64,000 nt of DNA from Octopus sinensis (Eukaryota). Each line of letters begins with the position of its first letter. Within the stretch, counting starts at the first letter, position 1. Shown piece after piece: positions 39,576 to 52,902 of this stretch. Under the pieces are notes generated by a model. That model worked only from the letters and a program-made list of their open reading frames with translations. It was not told the DNA's origin and ran no database searches. The translations under genes were made by a program, and so were the position numbers. The stretch is from assembly GCF_006345805.1 (NCBI RefSeq), contig NC_042999.1, forward strand, positions 121,210,001 through 121,274,000. Direction: 5' to 3'.

Positions 39576-40040
39576 TAATTAAGGGTTAGCAACGAATTGC
39601 CTCACCACACACCGAATTTAGAAATAGCAGTCAAAGAGTTATAGCTATTCTTTCTACTATATATTTTCTAGCGATTCTAGTGAGGAGCCACGGGAGGTTA
39701 ATTCATCAATTAATTAATCTAATAAATTGATTTATTTGATCAGGACTGAGGAAACTCCGTGGTATAGAGTTAACTGAGAGTTTTATTCTGACAGGTGTCC
39801 TGCTGGATTACAATCAATGTGGCATTAATAGGAGTGCTTTTTCGTGGCTTGGTATCCAAATAGTGGTCTTCTCTCCGTGTATAGTGGTCTTCTCTCGGTG
39901 TGTGGTGAGGCAATTCGTTGCTAAACCCTTAATTACTTAGTATTACTTAAACTTTCCTCGAATGAGGCTTTTACATGCCGAGATCTACTTGGTGTAATTA
40001 ATGATTATTCCAAATTAATTAATTTCACCCTATATTGTTA
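39573..40040. mobile_element. Penelope-like non-autonomous element with a 43-bp inverted terminal segment
   Basis: 39573-39615 is inverted at 39895-39938; the downstream extension resembles 43095-43187. Confidence 0.5.
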
Positions 40041-40043
40041 CTG

Positions 40044-40084
<41 letters not shown>

Positions 40085-40640
40085 CGATGGGCTTCTTTCA
40101 GTTTCCGTCTACCAAATCCACTCACAAGGCATTGGTCGGCCCGGGTCTATAGCAGAAGACACTTGCCCAAGGTGCCACGCAGTGGGACTGAACCCGGAAC
40201 CATGTGGTTGGTTAGCAAGCTACTTACCATACAGCCACTCCTGCGCCTATGTATACATATATATATATATATATATTTACATATATGTGGAGGTTGAATT
40301 GCCCAGTGTTAATGCAGCAGAGTCATGGTCTTAGGATAGCAGTTTCAATTCCCTGCCAGGGCACTGTGAGCGTTTATTAACCAAAAAAACCTAAAGCTCC
40401 AGTGAACCCTGCTGTACTCTTTCACCACAACTGTCTCTCACCCTCTCTTCTTGCTTCTCTTGTACCTGTATTTCAAAGAGCCAGCCTTTTCACACTCTGT
40501 GTCACGCTGAATCTCCCTGAGAACTATGTGAATGGTATATGTGGATTTGAAGTGCTCAGCCATTTGCACGTTAATTTCATGAGCAAGCTGTTCCACTGAT
40601 CAGATCTACTAGGTTCCCTCGTTGTCATAACCGATGGAGT
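40085..40640. mobile_element. Two SINEs (40085-40250 -, 40290-40640 +)
   Basis: tRNA-like heads and family-conserved bodies. Confidence 0.7.
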
Positions 40641-40739
40641 ACCACGATATACAAATATATACACGCATATATATATATTTTTTTTTCTCTCTAGTTTCAG
40701 CTCAGAGCTGCAACCATGATGATGCACTGTTATTACTAA

Positions 40740-41255
40740 GAGCCTCCTCTAATATGTAGCACCTGGTGAAGAGTGGAGTTTGATATAGTTACCCTCACTT
40801 GCACCTCTCACTGTGAGGTAGGTTCATCTGGAACTCTCAACAGGAGGAGGTCAGCTTTGATTTAAAAACCCCTACATCTACTTTGTGCAAGTTCCTCAGA
40901 CTCTTTGGGAGAATATTAAAAAGCTCTGGGCTCTTGAAACCCAGGCTGTTGCAGTAACTGGTCCTGAAGCATGATGGCATTGCTGGAATCTTTGGCACAA
41001 TGCAGTGCCGTCCTGTTCTGGCATTGGTGTAGCTTTCAATGCCAAAATTTGGTACAACTCCTGCCAGGGTCTTCCAGATATATATTACTGCATAGCTCTC
41101 CCGTCTTCTATCCAGGTAGTAGAGTCTTAGCAGTTTCAACCTTTCCCAGGAGCTGAGTTGTAGCAAAGAGACAATGTTCTTTGTGAAAAATCTCTGGATT
41201 GCCTCAAGGTCAGCTGTTAACTTCAGAGTGGTGGGTGACCATAGCTGTGAGCAGT
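40740..41255 (-). mobile_element. CR1-like LINE 3' fragment
   Basis: WERLKLLRLYYLDRRRESYAVIYIWK...FNILPKSLRNL is typical of the LINE ORF2 C-terminus. Confidence 0.8.
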
Positions 41256-41306
41256 AATATATATACGTATATCTATCTATCTATATATATACGTGTGTGT
41301 GTGAGT

Positions 41307-41540
41307 GGAGGCACATAGCTTAGTGGTCAGGGTGTTAGCATCATGATTGTAAGATTGTGCTTTCGATTCCTGGACCAGGCGACACGTTGTGTTCTTGTGC
41401 AAAACACTTCATCTCATATTGCTCCAGTCCGCTCAGCTGCCAAAAATGAGTAACGCTGCAATGGAGTGGCGTCCCGTCCAGCTTGGGAACACATAGACCA
41501 TTAAAACCGGGAAACCGGGCCCATGAGCCTAGTTAGGCTT
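41307..41540 (+). mobile_element. tRNA-derived SINE
   Basis: gtggaggcacatagcttagtggtcaggg...ttcgattcctggacc head. Confidence 0.75.
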
Positions 41541-41569
41541 TAAAAAGAGTGCATTTATTATTCATTTTA

Positions 41570-41782
41570 TATATATATATATATACACATGCATATACAT
41601 ATATATATATACGCATATATATATACATGCATATACATATATACATGCATATACATATATACATACATATAGACATATATATATATATACATACATACAT
41701 ATAGACATATATATATATATACATACATATAGACATATATATATATACATATACATATATACATATATATATATACATATAC

Positions 41783-41831
<49 letters not shown>

Positions 41832-42333
41832 CATATACATATATACATACATATAGACATATATATATATACATATAGACATATATATATACATATAGAC
41901 ATATATATAATATATAATATACAACTACATAATAGTCCATATATACATACATATATATACATATATACATACATATATATATATACATACATATTATATA
42001 TACATACATATCATATACATATATATACATATATACATACATATATATATACATACATATATATATATACATACATATACATATATACATACCATATACA
42101 TATATACATACATATTATATATACAATATACATACATATATAGATATACATATATACATACATATATATAACATATATAACATACATATATATATTACCT
42201 ATATACTACATATACATATATACATACATATATACATATATACATACATATATATATATTATACATACATATATATATATACATACATATATATATATAC
42301 ATACATATATATATATACATACATATATATATA

Positions 42334-42371
<38 letters not shown>

Positions 42372-42755
42372 CTACATATATATATATATATACATATATA
42401 CATACATATATATATATATACATACATATATATTATATAGATAAATACATATATAACATACATAATATATATATCTATACATACATATATATATACATAT
42501 ATACATACATATATATCTATACATTATTAACAAATATAACATATATACATACATACATATATCATACATACATATATATATACATATATACATACATATA
42601 TATATACAATTATACATATATACATACATATATAAATATATCTACCATATATACATACATATATATATATACATATATACATACACATATATATATACAA
42701 TATATACATACAATATATACATACATATATACATATAGACATATATATATATATG
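41570..42755. repeat. ~1.2-kb (TA)/(CA) array
   Basis: Directly visible. Confidence 0.95.
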
Positions 42756-42759
42756 TATA

Positions 42760-43758
42760 TTATATAATTAGGGCTTAGTAAAATAAATTACTTTGTCCAC
42801 ATACTGAACTTGCTAGAAATAGCAGCCAAAAAGTTTTTTTGGCCATTTCCACTACTTAAAGAAAATTTCTCTCAGATAATGTTTACTCAAAATAACTCAC
42901 GAAGGTATGGAGGTAAAAACAGAAAATATATTTTTCTGTTTTTAACCTCCATACCTTCGGTAGTTATTTTGAGTAACATTATCTGAGAGAATTTTCTTTA
43001 AGTAGTGGAAATGGCAAAAAAACTTTTTGGCTGCTATTTCTAGCAAGTTCATATGTGGCAAAGTAATTTATTTTACTAAGCCCTAATTATATAATGTAAT
43101 ATTTTGAATTCGCCTTAAATGGTCCTTTTACATACTGAATACTTGGTGAAATTGATTAATAACTAATTAATTTACTCTCAATTGTTGATATTATAATTAA
43201 TTTCTCTCTGTCATATTGCCCCTCGGTTTCTCACCGTTAAAATATAATGTTTGCAAGATAACCCCCACGTGGGTGGAAGGGGAGAGCAGGGAATCTCGCT
43301 TGCACATTTTGAATTTGTTGGTACTGGCAGTCTGAACGGGTCATCTGAGGTGATAAGTCGCCAAAGGGTATGTTCTTTCTTTTTCTTTTTAGTGCTTCAA
43401 ATCCAAAATAAAATGTTGAGCTGACGAAAGAAATGCTGAGTTATTTGGCTAATCTAGAAACGTTAACGTTCTCAATAATCTTTGTACTTGTGATATTTTT
43501 CTGTTTTTAACCTCCATACCTTCGTGAGTTATTTTTGAGTAAACATTATCTGAGAGAAATTTTCTTTAAGTAGTGGAAATGGCAAAAAAACTTTTTTGGC
43601 TGCTATTTCTAGCAAGTTCAGTATGTGCAAAGTAATTTTATTTTACTAAGCCCTAATTATATAATGTAATATTTTGAATTCACCTTAAATGGTCCTTTTA
43701 CATACTGAATACTTGGTGAAATTGATTAATAACTAATTAATTTACCCCTCAATTGTTG
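42760..43758 (+). mobile_element. Penelope-like element: ~165-bp-arm palindrome plus ~260-bp direct repeats at a 565-bp period
   Basis: Palindrome 42760-43094 centred near 42927; direct repeats 42928-43187 and 43493-43758; hammerhead motif between them. Confidence 0.7.
43416..43475 (+). ncRNA. Type I hammerhead ribozyme motif with decayed stem II
   Basis: UUGAG-CUGACGA-(29 nt, partial stem)-GAAAC-GUUAAC-GUU-CUCAA; stem I 5 bp perfect, stem III within the perfect palindrome ACGUUAACGU. Confidence 0.65.
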
Positions 43759-43759
43759 T

Positions 43760-43851
43760 ATATACATATATATATATACATATATATATACATATATATA
43801 CATATATATACATATATATATACATATATATACATATATATCTATATATAC

Positions 43852-43882
<31 letters not shown>

Positions 43883-44309
43883 TAATATATTATATATATA
43901 CATATATAATACATATATATATATATACACATATATATATATATATATACACATATATATATATCAATTACACTTATATATACCTACATATATATATATA
44001 CATATATATATTATATACATATATATATATACATATGACATATATATATACATATATATATATAACATATATATATATACATATATATATCATATAACAT
44101 AATATCCATATATACATATAGACATATATATACAATATCATACATATAGACATATATATACATATATAATATACCATATATATAATATATACATATATAT
44201 ATACATATAGACATTATATACATATATATATATACAATATATATATATATACATATATATATACATATATAATATATACATATATATATACATATAACAT
44301 TTATATACC

Positions 44310-44341
<32 letters not shown>

Positions 44342-44392
44342 CACATATATGTAATTATATATACGTATACATATATACGTATACATATAGAC

Positions 44393-44435
<43 letters not shown>

Positions 44436-44870
44436 ATATATATATATACATATATATATATATACTATATATATATAATATATTATATTAATATACATAT
44501 CTATATATATATCATATACATCCATACAATATATATATACATATATATATATACATACCCATATATATATATACATATACATATTACATACATATATTAT
44601 ATATACCTATACTATATACATACATATAGACAATATATATATATATGACACCATACATATAAATATATATATACACACTTATATACATATATGCATATAC
44701 ACATATATAAATACATATACACATATGCATATATATTTACATATATATATACAGACGTATATATACATACATATATACATACATATACACACATATATAC
44801 ATGTATATACTAATATATATATATAAACATATATTATATACACTCATATATATATTATATACGCACACAC

Positions 44871-44901
<31 letters not shown>

Positions 44902-44915
44902 TATATATAGATATA
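43760..44915. repeat. ~1.15-kb (TA)/(CA) array
   Basis: Directly visible. Confidence 0.95.
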
Positions 44916-44916
44916 C

Positions 44917-45370
44917 ACTCTTTTACTCGTTTCAGTCATTTAACTGCGACCATGCTGGAGCACCGCCTTTAATCGAGCAACTCGACCCCAGGACTTATTC
45001 TTTTTTTTTTTGTAAGCCTAGTACTTATTCTATCGGTCGCTTTTGCTGAACCGCTAAGTAACGGGGACATAAACACACCAGCATCGGTTGTCAAGCAATG
45101 CTAGGGGACAAACACAGACATGCAAACACACACATAAGATGGGCTTCTTTCAGTTTCCGTCTACCAAATCCACTCACAAGGCTTTGGTCGGCCCGAGGCT
45201 ATAGTAGAAGACACTTGCCCAAGGTTCCATGCAGTGGGACTGAACCCAGAACCATGTGGTTGGTAGACAAGCTACTTACCACTCCTGTATAATTATATAT
45301 AGATATACTATATAAAATATATATACATATACAGACACACAACACACACACACATATATACTTATATATC

Positions 45371-45410
<40 letters not shown>

Positions 45411-46478
45411 AATATATATATATAATAAATATATATATACGTACATATATAAAACGGCGGTGCATCAGCTTGGCCGCAGCTCTGAGCTGAAACTGGGGAA
45501 AAAAAAATACACATACATATATAGATATGCACATGTAGATACACATGTTGATATACATATATATAGCAATACCTATATATACATATATATATAAACATAT
45601 ATATAGCAATACCTATATATACATATATATATAAACATATATACATTATATATTTACAGATATATAAGCATACAAATATATATACACACACATATATACA
45701 CACATATATATATATACATACATATATACACATATATATACATACATATATACACATATATATACATACATATATATATACACATATACACCCATATATA
45801 TATATATATACACAAATATACATACACATATAAACACATATATATACACAAATATACATACACACACACACATATATATCACGTGATCACGTGACCGACC
45901 AGGCCATCAGATGTTTCTACACATCGCTGCTCACAATGCACTTCACATTGTTTTAGCATTCAAGTGACGCCATCCCGCTGGCTAAGCGAGCAGGCCAACA
46001 GAAGAAAGAGTGAGAGAAAGTTGCGGTGAAATAGTACAGCAGGGATCGCCACCATTCCCTGCTGGAGCCTCATGGAGCTATAGGTGTTTTCACTCAATAA
46101 ACACTCACAACGCCTGGTCTGGGAATCAAAACCGCGATCCTATCCTACGACCGAGAGTCTGCTGCGCTACCACCGGGCCATTGCGCCTCCACATTATATA
46201 TTTATATATATATATATATGCATGTGTTTGTATATAATATATATATTTCTTATTACCCACAAGGGGCTAAAACACAGAGGGGACAACAGGGACAGAGAAA
46301 CGGATTAAGGTCGATTACAATCGACCCCAGTGCGTAACTGGTACTTAATTTATCGACCCCGAAAGGATGAAGCAAAGTTGACCTCGACGGAATTTGAACG
46401 CAGAACATAACGAAAAAAAACAGACAAAATACGCTACGCATTTCGCCCGGCATGCTAACGTTTCTGCCACCTCTGCCA
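44917..46478 (-). mobile_element. SINE cluster (44917-45125, 45139-45285, 45879-46191, 46250-46478) separated by microsatellites
   Basis: Family-conserved bodies with reverse tRNA heads. Confidence 0.8.
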
Positions 46479-46795
46479 AAATATATGTATATATATAAAT
46501 CAAATCAAATCAAAAATCAAAATAGATAACATCAATGGAATTTTGTATCTTTGTGATACCAGTGCCGGTGGCACACAAGAAAGCCATCCAAACGTGCCCG
46601 TAGCCAGTACCGCACCGACTGGCCTCCATGCTGTGGGCACGTACAATCACCATCCAATCGTGGCCGATCGCCAGCCTAATCTGGCTCCTGTGTCGGTGGG
46701 ACATAAAAAACACCATCCGAGCGTGGTCGTCTGGTAGCCTTGTCTGGAACCTGTGTCGGTGGCACATAAAAACACATCCTAGTCCGAGCGTGGTC

Positions 46796-46895
46796 NNNNN
46801 NNNNNNNNNNNNNNNNNNNNNNNNNNNNNNNNNNNNNNNNNNNNNNNNNNNNNNNNNNNNNNNNNNNNNNNNNNNNNNNNNNNNNNNNNNNNNNN
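46796..46895. other. Assembly gap (100 N)
   Basis: Run of 100 N. Confidence 1.
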
Positions 46896-47740
46896 CACAT
46901 TGTTTGTAGCATTCAGTGACGCCATCCCGCTGGCTGTAGCGAGCAGGCCAACAGAAGAAAGAGTGAGAGAAAGTTGCGGTGAATAGTAGTACAGCAGGAT
47001 CGCCACAATTCCTGCTGGAGCCTCAGGGAGCTATAGGTGTTTTCACTCAATAAACACTCACAACGCCTGGTCTGGGAATCAAAACCGCGATCCTACGACC
47101 GAGAGTCTGCTGCGCTAACCACCGGGCCATTGCGCCTCCACATTATATATTTATATATATATATATATGCATGTGTTTGTATATATATATATATTTCTTT
47201 ATTACCCACAAGGGGCTAAACACAGAGGGGACAAACAGGGACAGAGAAACGGATTAAGTCGATTACATCGACCCCAGTGCGTAACTGGTACTTAATTTAT
47301 CGACCCCGAAAGGATGAAAGGCAAAGTTGACCTCGACGGAATTTGAACGCAGAACATAACGAAAAAACAGACAAAATACGGCTACGCATTTCGCCCGGCA
47401 TGCTAACGTTTCTGCCAGCTCTGCCAAAATATATGTATATATATAAATCAAATCAAATCAAAAATCAAAATAGATGAACATCAATGGAATTTGTATCTTT
47501 GTGATACCAGTGCCGGTGGCACACAAGAAAGCCATCCAAACGTGGCCGTAGCCAGTACCGCACCGACTGGCCTCCATGCTGTGGGCACGTAACAATCACC
47601 ATCCAATCGTGGCCGATCGCCAGCCTAATCTGGCTCCTGTGTCGGTGGGACATAAAAAAACACCATCCGAGCGTGGTCGTCTGGTAGCCTTGTCTGGAAC
47701 CTGTGTCGGTGGCACATAAAAACACCATCCGAGCGTGGTC
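46896..47740. repeat. Second copy of 45944-46795 (probable contig-overlap artefact)
   Basis: Collinear match across the gap, differing mostly by small indels near the gap edges. Confidence 0.8.
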
Positions 47741-48075
47741 GTCAGCTAGCCTTGTCTGGCACCTGTGTCGGTGGCACATAAAAATACCATCCAAGCATGG
47801 CCGTTCGCCAGCTTCGTCTGGCACCTGTGTCGGTGGCACATAAAAACACCATCCGAGCGTGGCCGTTCGCCAGCCTCGTCTGGCACCTGTGTCAGTGGCA
47901 CATAAAATCACCCACTACACTCTCGGAGTGGTTGGCGTTAGGAAGGGCATCCAGCTGTAGAAACACTGCCAGATCTGACTGGCCTGGTGCAGCCTTCGGG
48001 CTCCCCAGACCCCAGTTGAACCGTCCAACCCATGCTAGCATGGAAAGCGGACGTTAAATGATGATGATGATGATG
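47447..48075 (+). mobile_element. RTE 3' UTR with ~62-bp minisatellite (about 5 units) and (GAT)n tail
   Basis: (AAATC)n, repeated aaaacaccatccgagcgtgg...gtgtcggtggcacat, then ggacgttaaatgatgatgat. Confidence 0.85.
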
Positions 48076-48578
48076 ATATATTCACAATACCACTTCCTAA
48101 AACCAGAGATAATTTATGATAAAGATACATACCAGCTAGCAGAGTGAATATTCCAGAAATAGATGTTAAATTCTAATTTTAACAGAAGATCATAAAGCAT
48201 GTTTGTCATGCAAAGCATGAACTCAATTGGTATAGAAATACATAATATTTATCTCTGTATTCAAAGCAAGGGTAAGCCTATTTCTGAAATGTTCATTGCA
48301 TTGCTCGTTTGTATCATTATCATAAGTTTTATGGTGGTTTTCAGAGCATTGGCTCTGGTTTTAGCAAGTGGTATTATACACCCTATCAAAACTTTAATTA
48401 TTTTATATTGTGCCTGTAAAGGTGTGAACTTGCTAGTCACCTTATTGCTAATGTAAATAATGATAGATGTGAAAATATATATATATATATACACACACAT
48501 CTAAATATATATACACCTACATCTGAACGTGCATATATATATACATATCTGAATATATATACACACATCTAAATATAC

Positions 48579-48621
<43 letters not shown>

Positions 48622-49444
48622 GATTACAAAGATTTCCCTCAGTGCCCTTAATGTTTATCTAGATCTTATTGTAGCATCCTATGTTTCATAGTGTAGGCCC
48701 CTTTAACTGAAAATATTGAACCGAGTTTATGTTACCCCTACCTGTTTTATAGACATTTATCACGCTGTAATTGACTCCTTCTAAAGCTTGTTTCTTTATG
48801 TTATAGGGATACTTATAGCCACAGGAAATTAAGATTTGAGGGAACATCAAATAATATCCATTTATGACCAGCAGCTGGTTCTGAACTGTCAACTCTTAAT
48901 GCTCTTATTCACAATAAACATAGTCTACTAGCATTTGGTCTTTTGATGGTGATAAGGGGACAGATAAAAATTAGAAATGAATTACAATTCCATGACCCCT
49001 ACTGTCAGCCATTTGTGCCACTCCTAAATTGTAGATAGTTTTCTCTTAGATTATTCCTGCTGCAATAGTGGCAACATGGAATTCTTTCATCCTCTAGCTC
49101 TGCTAAAATATTTGAGAAACTTTATATTAACATATCTTGTCCATTGAAAATCCATATTCTTTGCAACTAAAGATGGCACTGTATTTACATTGATGCATTC
49201 TTTGCATTGTTTGATGCAATGGTAATATTGCTTTAATACCTGACATCCTGTGACCTATTTAATTTTATTAACCTTCCTTCAAGCTCTGCAGACAATACCA
49301 GGCTGACAGGTTATCTCTACTTAAGTACCTAATTCAATTGCTAAGTTATGGGGACGTAAACACACCAGCATCGCATGCAAAGCGATGTTCTGGGGGGGGC
49401 AAACACAGACACAGAAACACACACATATATATATATATATATAT

Positions 49445-50439
49445 ACTAGCATTAAAGACCCGTCGTTGCCGGGTCATAGTGCTAGTGCATGCATATATGT
49501 GTATATATACGTGTACATCTATATATATACATCTACACATAAAATACAAAGTTATATCCTGATATCGCTAGTGATAACAATACTCAAAATATATAACAGA
49601 CTGGAATTGTTAGCCCGTCTCTTGTAATTTCGATCAATTGTATCCTTCTTGTATAGAAGTGTGGCTACAATCCAGCCTACCTCTACTTCGGAGGGGGGGG
49701 GGGGTAAATTTTAAATATTTTTCTGGGACGTCCTACGTCGCAGATGTAAAGATAAAAATAAAATATTTCCACTTTGCAAGTTCGAGTTGAGTACTCCCTT
49801 GCACGCTCCGTTGACTCGAACCTTGCTTCTATTGTGGCGAATTTACCACCTCTGATTAGATACCATTCATAGTCGCACCAAGACACTTTTTGAAGGTGCT
49901 TTCCTCCATGTGTTCAAATCTTCTTTTTTCTCTACATTGTATACTTTATAGACAATAGTCTTTTCTTTAATTTAATTTTTTATTATCCATCTGGACTATT
50001 CCATTTCTGCATGCTAATCTTATTTTTAATTTATTCCCATTCATGTGAAACCACTTATTCAAGTTCAAATCATTGATGCAATTTTATACCAATTGCTATT
50101 TTTACTTTTGTCATGTTACTTTAGTTTGATTTTAATTATTACTTACTACATATAATTCAATTGTTATTATTATTTTTATTGTTAAAGTGAAAGCATCTGA
50201 CATAAAATAGAGAAACGTTTTTGTTTCACTTTTAACACGTAATACTGAAATAGTGGAGAAGATATGATATTGCTACGGGCTCGCTCTAGGCAAGAAGTTG
50301 AACATTTTTTTTGCCCATGAAACTACATGGACCCTTAGTGGGGCATGTGTAAAATTTGAATGAAATTGGTTGTGTAGTTCTCAAGTTTTAGGGAAACACA
50401 CAGACAGACACACATTCTCAGTTTTATATATATAAAGAT
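49445..50439 (+). mobile_element. Non-autonomous Helitron-like (Lep1/HINE-type) element
   Basis: 5' nested inverted repeats ACTAGC..GACCCG/CGGGTC..GCTAGT; 3' aaatttgaatgaaattgg...acagacagacacac...tataaagat. Confidence 0.55.
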
Positions 50440-50866
50440 TTATTTGTACACATCAGAATATATATATATGAATACAGACATGTATATAAATATTTTCACA
50501 CACACACACATATATATATACACATATATTTTGTATCTTTTCATTTGTCTTGCTTGCTTTGCGTTCTGGCATTTGCCGACATTTCTCGGGAACAATTTTT
50601 CTTTATGGTTAGATCATATGGGGTCTACCTTTAGTGGAGTAGGAATCCACCTAGTGGTCATTCATCTTATACGTATGTAATATAATTTCCTGAATCTTCA
50701 GGTTTTTTTCAATGTGCTAGGCCACTAGTTTCAATTGATATTGATTTAATTAATATCAATTTTTACCCATATTACTTAAATTTTACATATATATATAATT
50801 ACACACATATATGTATACACATATATACATACATAGATACATATATATATATATTCATATATATAT

Positions 50867-51825
50867 ATGCGTAAGCTCGCAAGAAATGAAGCCAGTATGC
50901 TCCGTTGGATGTGTAATGTCAGTGTTCCTTCCCGACAGAGTGTAAGTGCCTTGAGAGAAAAGTTGGACCTAAGAAGCATCAGATGTGGTGTGCAAGAGAG
51001 GCGTCTACGCTGGTATGGACACGTAGTAAGAATGGATGAAGATAGTTGTGTGAAAAAGTGCCACACCCTAGCGGTTGAGGGAACCTGTGGAAGAGGTAGA
51101 CCCAGGAAAGCCTGGGACGAGGTGGTGAAGAACAACCTTCGCGCTTTAGGTCTTACCGAGGAAATGACCAGAGACCGAGACCTTTGGAAGTATGCTGTGT
51201 GCGAGAAGATCCGGCAGGACACGTGAGGCCATAACCCATGGCCCCTACCTGGGATGTAGTCAGTCCACCTGTGCATACCTTCCTTCTTGGGACACTTGTG
51301 AAGACCTGTTGAGGCAAGTGAAAATCAAAATCAAACCAAATCAAAATCGATGAACATCAATGAAATTTGTATCTTTGTGGTACCAGTGCCGGTGGCACAT
51401 AAGAAGACCATCCGAACGTGGCCGTAACCAGTACCGCATTGACTGGCCTCCGTGCTGTGGGCACGTAACAAACACCATCCGATCGTGGCCGTTCGCCAGC
51501 CTCGTCTGGCACCTGTGTCGGTGGCACATAAAAAACACCATCCGAGCGTGGCCGTTTGCCAGCCTTGTCTGGCACCTGTGTTTGTGGCACATAAAAAACA
51601 CCATCCGAGCATGGCCGTTCACCAGCCTCGTCTGGCATCTGTGTCGGTGGCACATAAAATCACCCACTACACTCTCAGAGTGGTTGGCGTTAGGAAGGTC
51701 ATCCAGCTGTAGAAACACTGCCAGATCTGACTGGCCTGGTGCAGCCTTCGGGCTTCCCAGACCCCAGTTGAACTGTCCAACCCATGCTAGCATGGAAAGC
51801 GGACGTTAAACGATGATAATGATGA
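50867..51825 (+). mobile_element. 5'-truncated RTE LINE with a well-preserved ORF end and full 3' UTR
   Basis: MLRWMC...RRLRWYGHVVRM...RGRPRKAWDEVV is the canonical RTE C-terminus; followed by UTR, (AAATC)n, minisatellite and (GAT)n. Confidence 0.9.
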
Positions 51826-52019
51826 TATATATATACATATATAAATATATACATTTATATATACATACATATTTATATATATTCATATACAAATATATAT
51901 ACATATATATACACACACACATATTTATACATATACATATATATACACATATATATAAACCTCCAACATAAGCCCACTGCACCCCCACCTTCCCTATCCT
52001 TTTCCACCCCAGCCCTTAC

Positions 52020-52530
52020 ACGACTCTCACATACCTCACCTCTACACCCACCCTCCACCTACCCACCTCTGCCCCCACCCTTCCTTTCTCGCCTCCAACA
52101 ACTCCTAACACCATCACACCACACCACAAACTATACACCACCATACCACACAACACATCACCACCACGCATACACCACCACTGACCACTTCCCAGACCCA
52201 CATTTTCACACTTACACATACACACACGTCAAGATCACCAGCCCTCTTCTACACGCACATACAAACTCTCTTATACACATGCACGCACACCTTCGTTTTG
52301 GGACCACCACTACCTTATTATCTCCCCTTCTCCCAAGCTCTCCTGTATGAGTCTTCTGTTTGCCATGACAGATTGCTAGCCACTACACATTCTTTAGTTT
52401 CTCTCCTTGTTTCTTCCTGTGGAAGAGCGTAGGTTCAAAACGTTAAAGACTTATTCACTTCCCGAGCGTTATACTAATACATCTGTTTTGTTGTCTACAA
52501 CACCGGTCTTCGTCTTTGTTTTTTTGTGAA
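52020..52530 (+). mobile_element. Possible Penelope-like 3' end with a hammerhead relic
   Basis: C/A-rich tract followed by ctgtggaagagcgtaggttcaaaacgttaaag. Confidence 0.45.
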
Positions 52531-52663
52531 TTCTCCTTATATATATATACATATACATATATATATTCACATAAGTACATATATATACATACACATGTAC
52601 ATATATATATATACATACATATATATATCTATCTATATATACATATATATAGTTATATGTACA

Positions 52664-52702
<39 letters not shown>

Positions 52703-52902
52703 CATTTATATATACATATATATACTCATATATATACATATAGATACACACACATATATACATATATATATATTGTTTATTTAGGGATGGTCATTTTGCC
52801 AGTTTAGCCTATATATAATATATATTACATATGTGTGTATATATATATATACATATATGTGTGGATATATATATACATATATGTATATCTATCTATATAT
52901 GT

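Noticed and set aside
39746-39990. Two hammerhead-like traces (CUGAGGA-AACUC/GAGUU; UCGAAUGA-GGC/GCC-GAGA)
   Set aside because: Each has a stem II-like helix but lacks an intact GAAAC or CUGA core; too degenerate to call.
47465-47911. Tandem ~62-bp repeats resembling a CRISPR array or repeat protein
   Set aside because: No unique spacers, eukaryotic context; these are minisatellite units in an RTE 3' UTR.
51226-51295. Possible HDV-like ribozyme after the RTE stop codon
   Set aside because: Only a local GGCCAU/AUGGCC hairpin; the nested double-pseudoknot order is absent, and such ribozymes are expected at RTE 5' ends.
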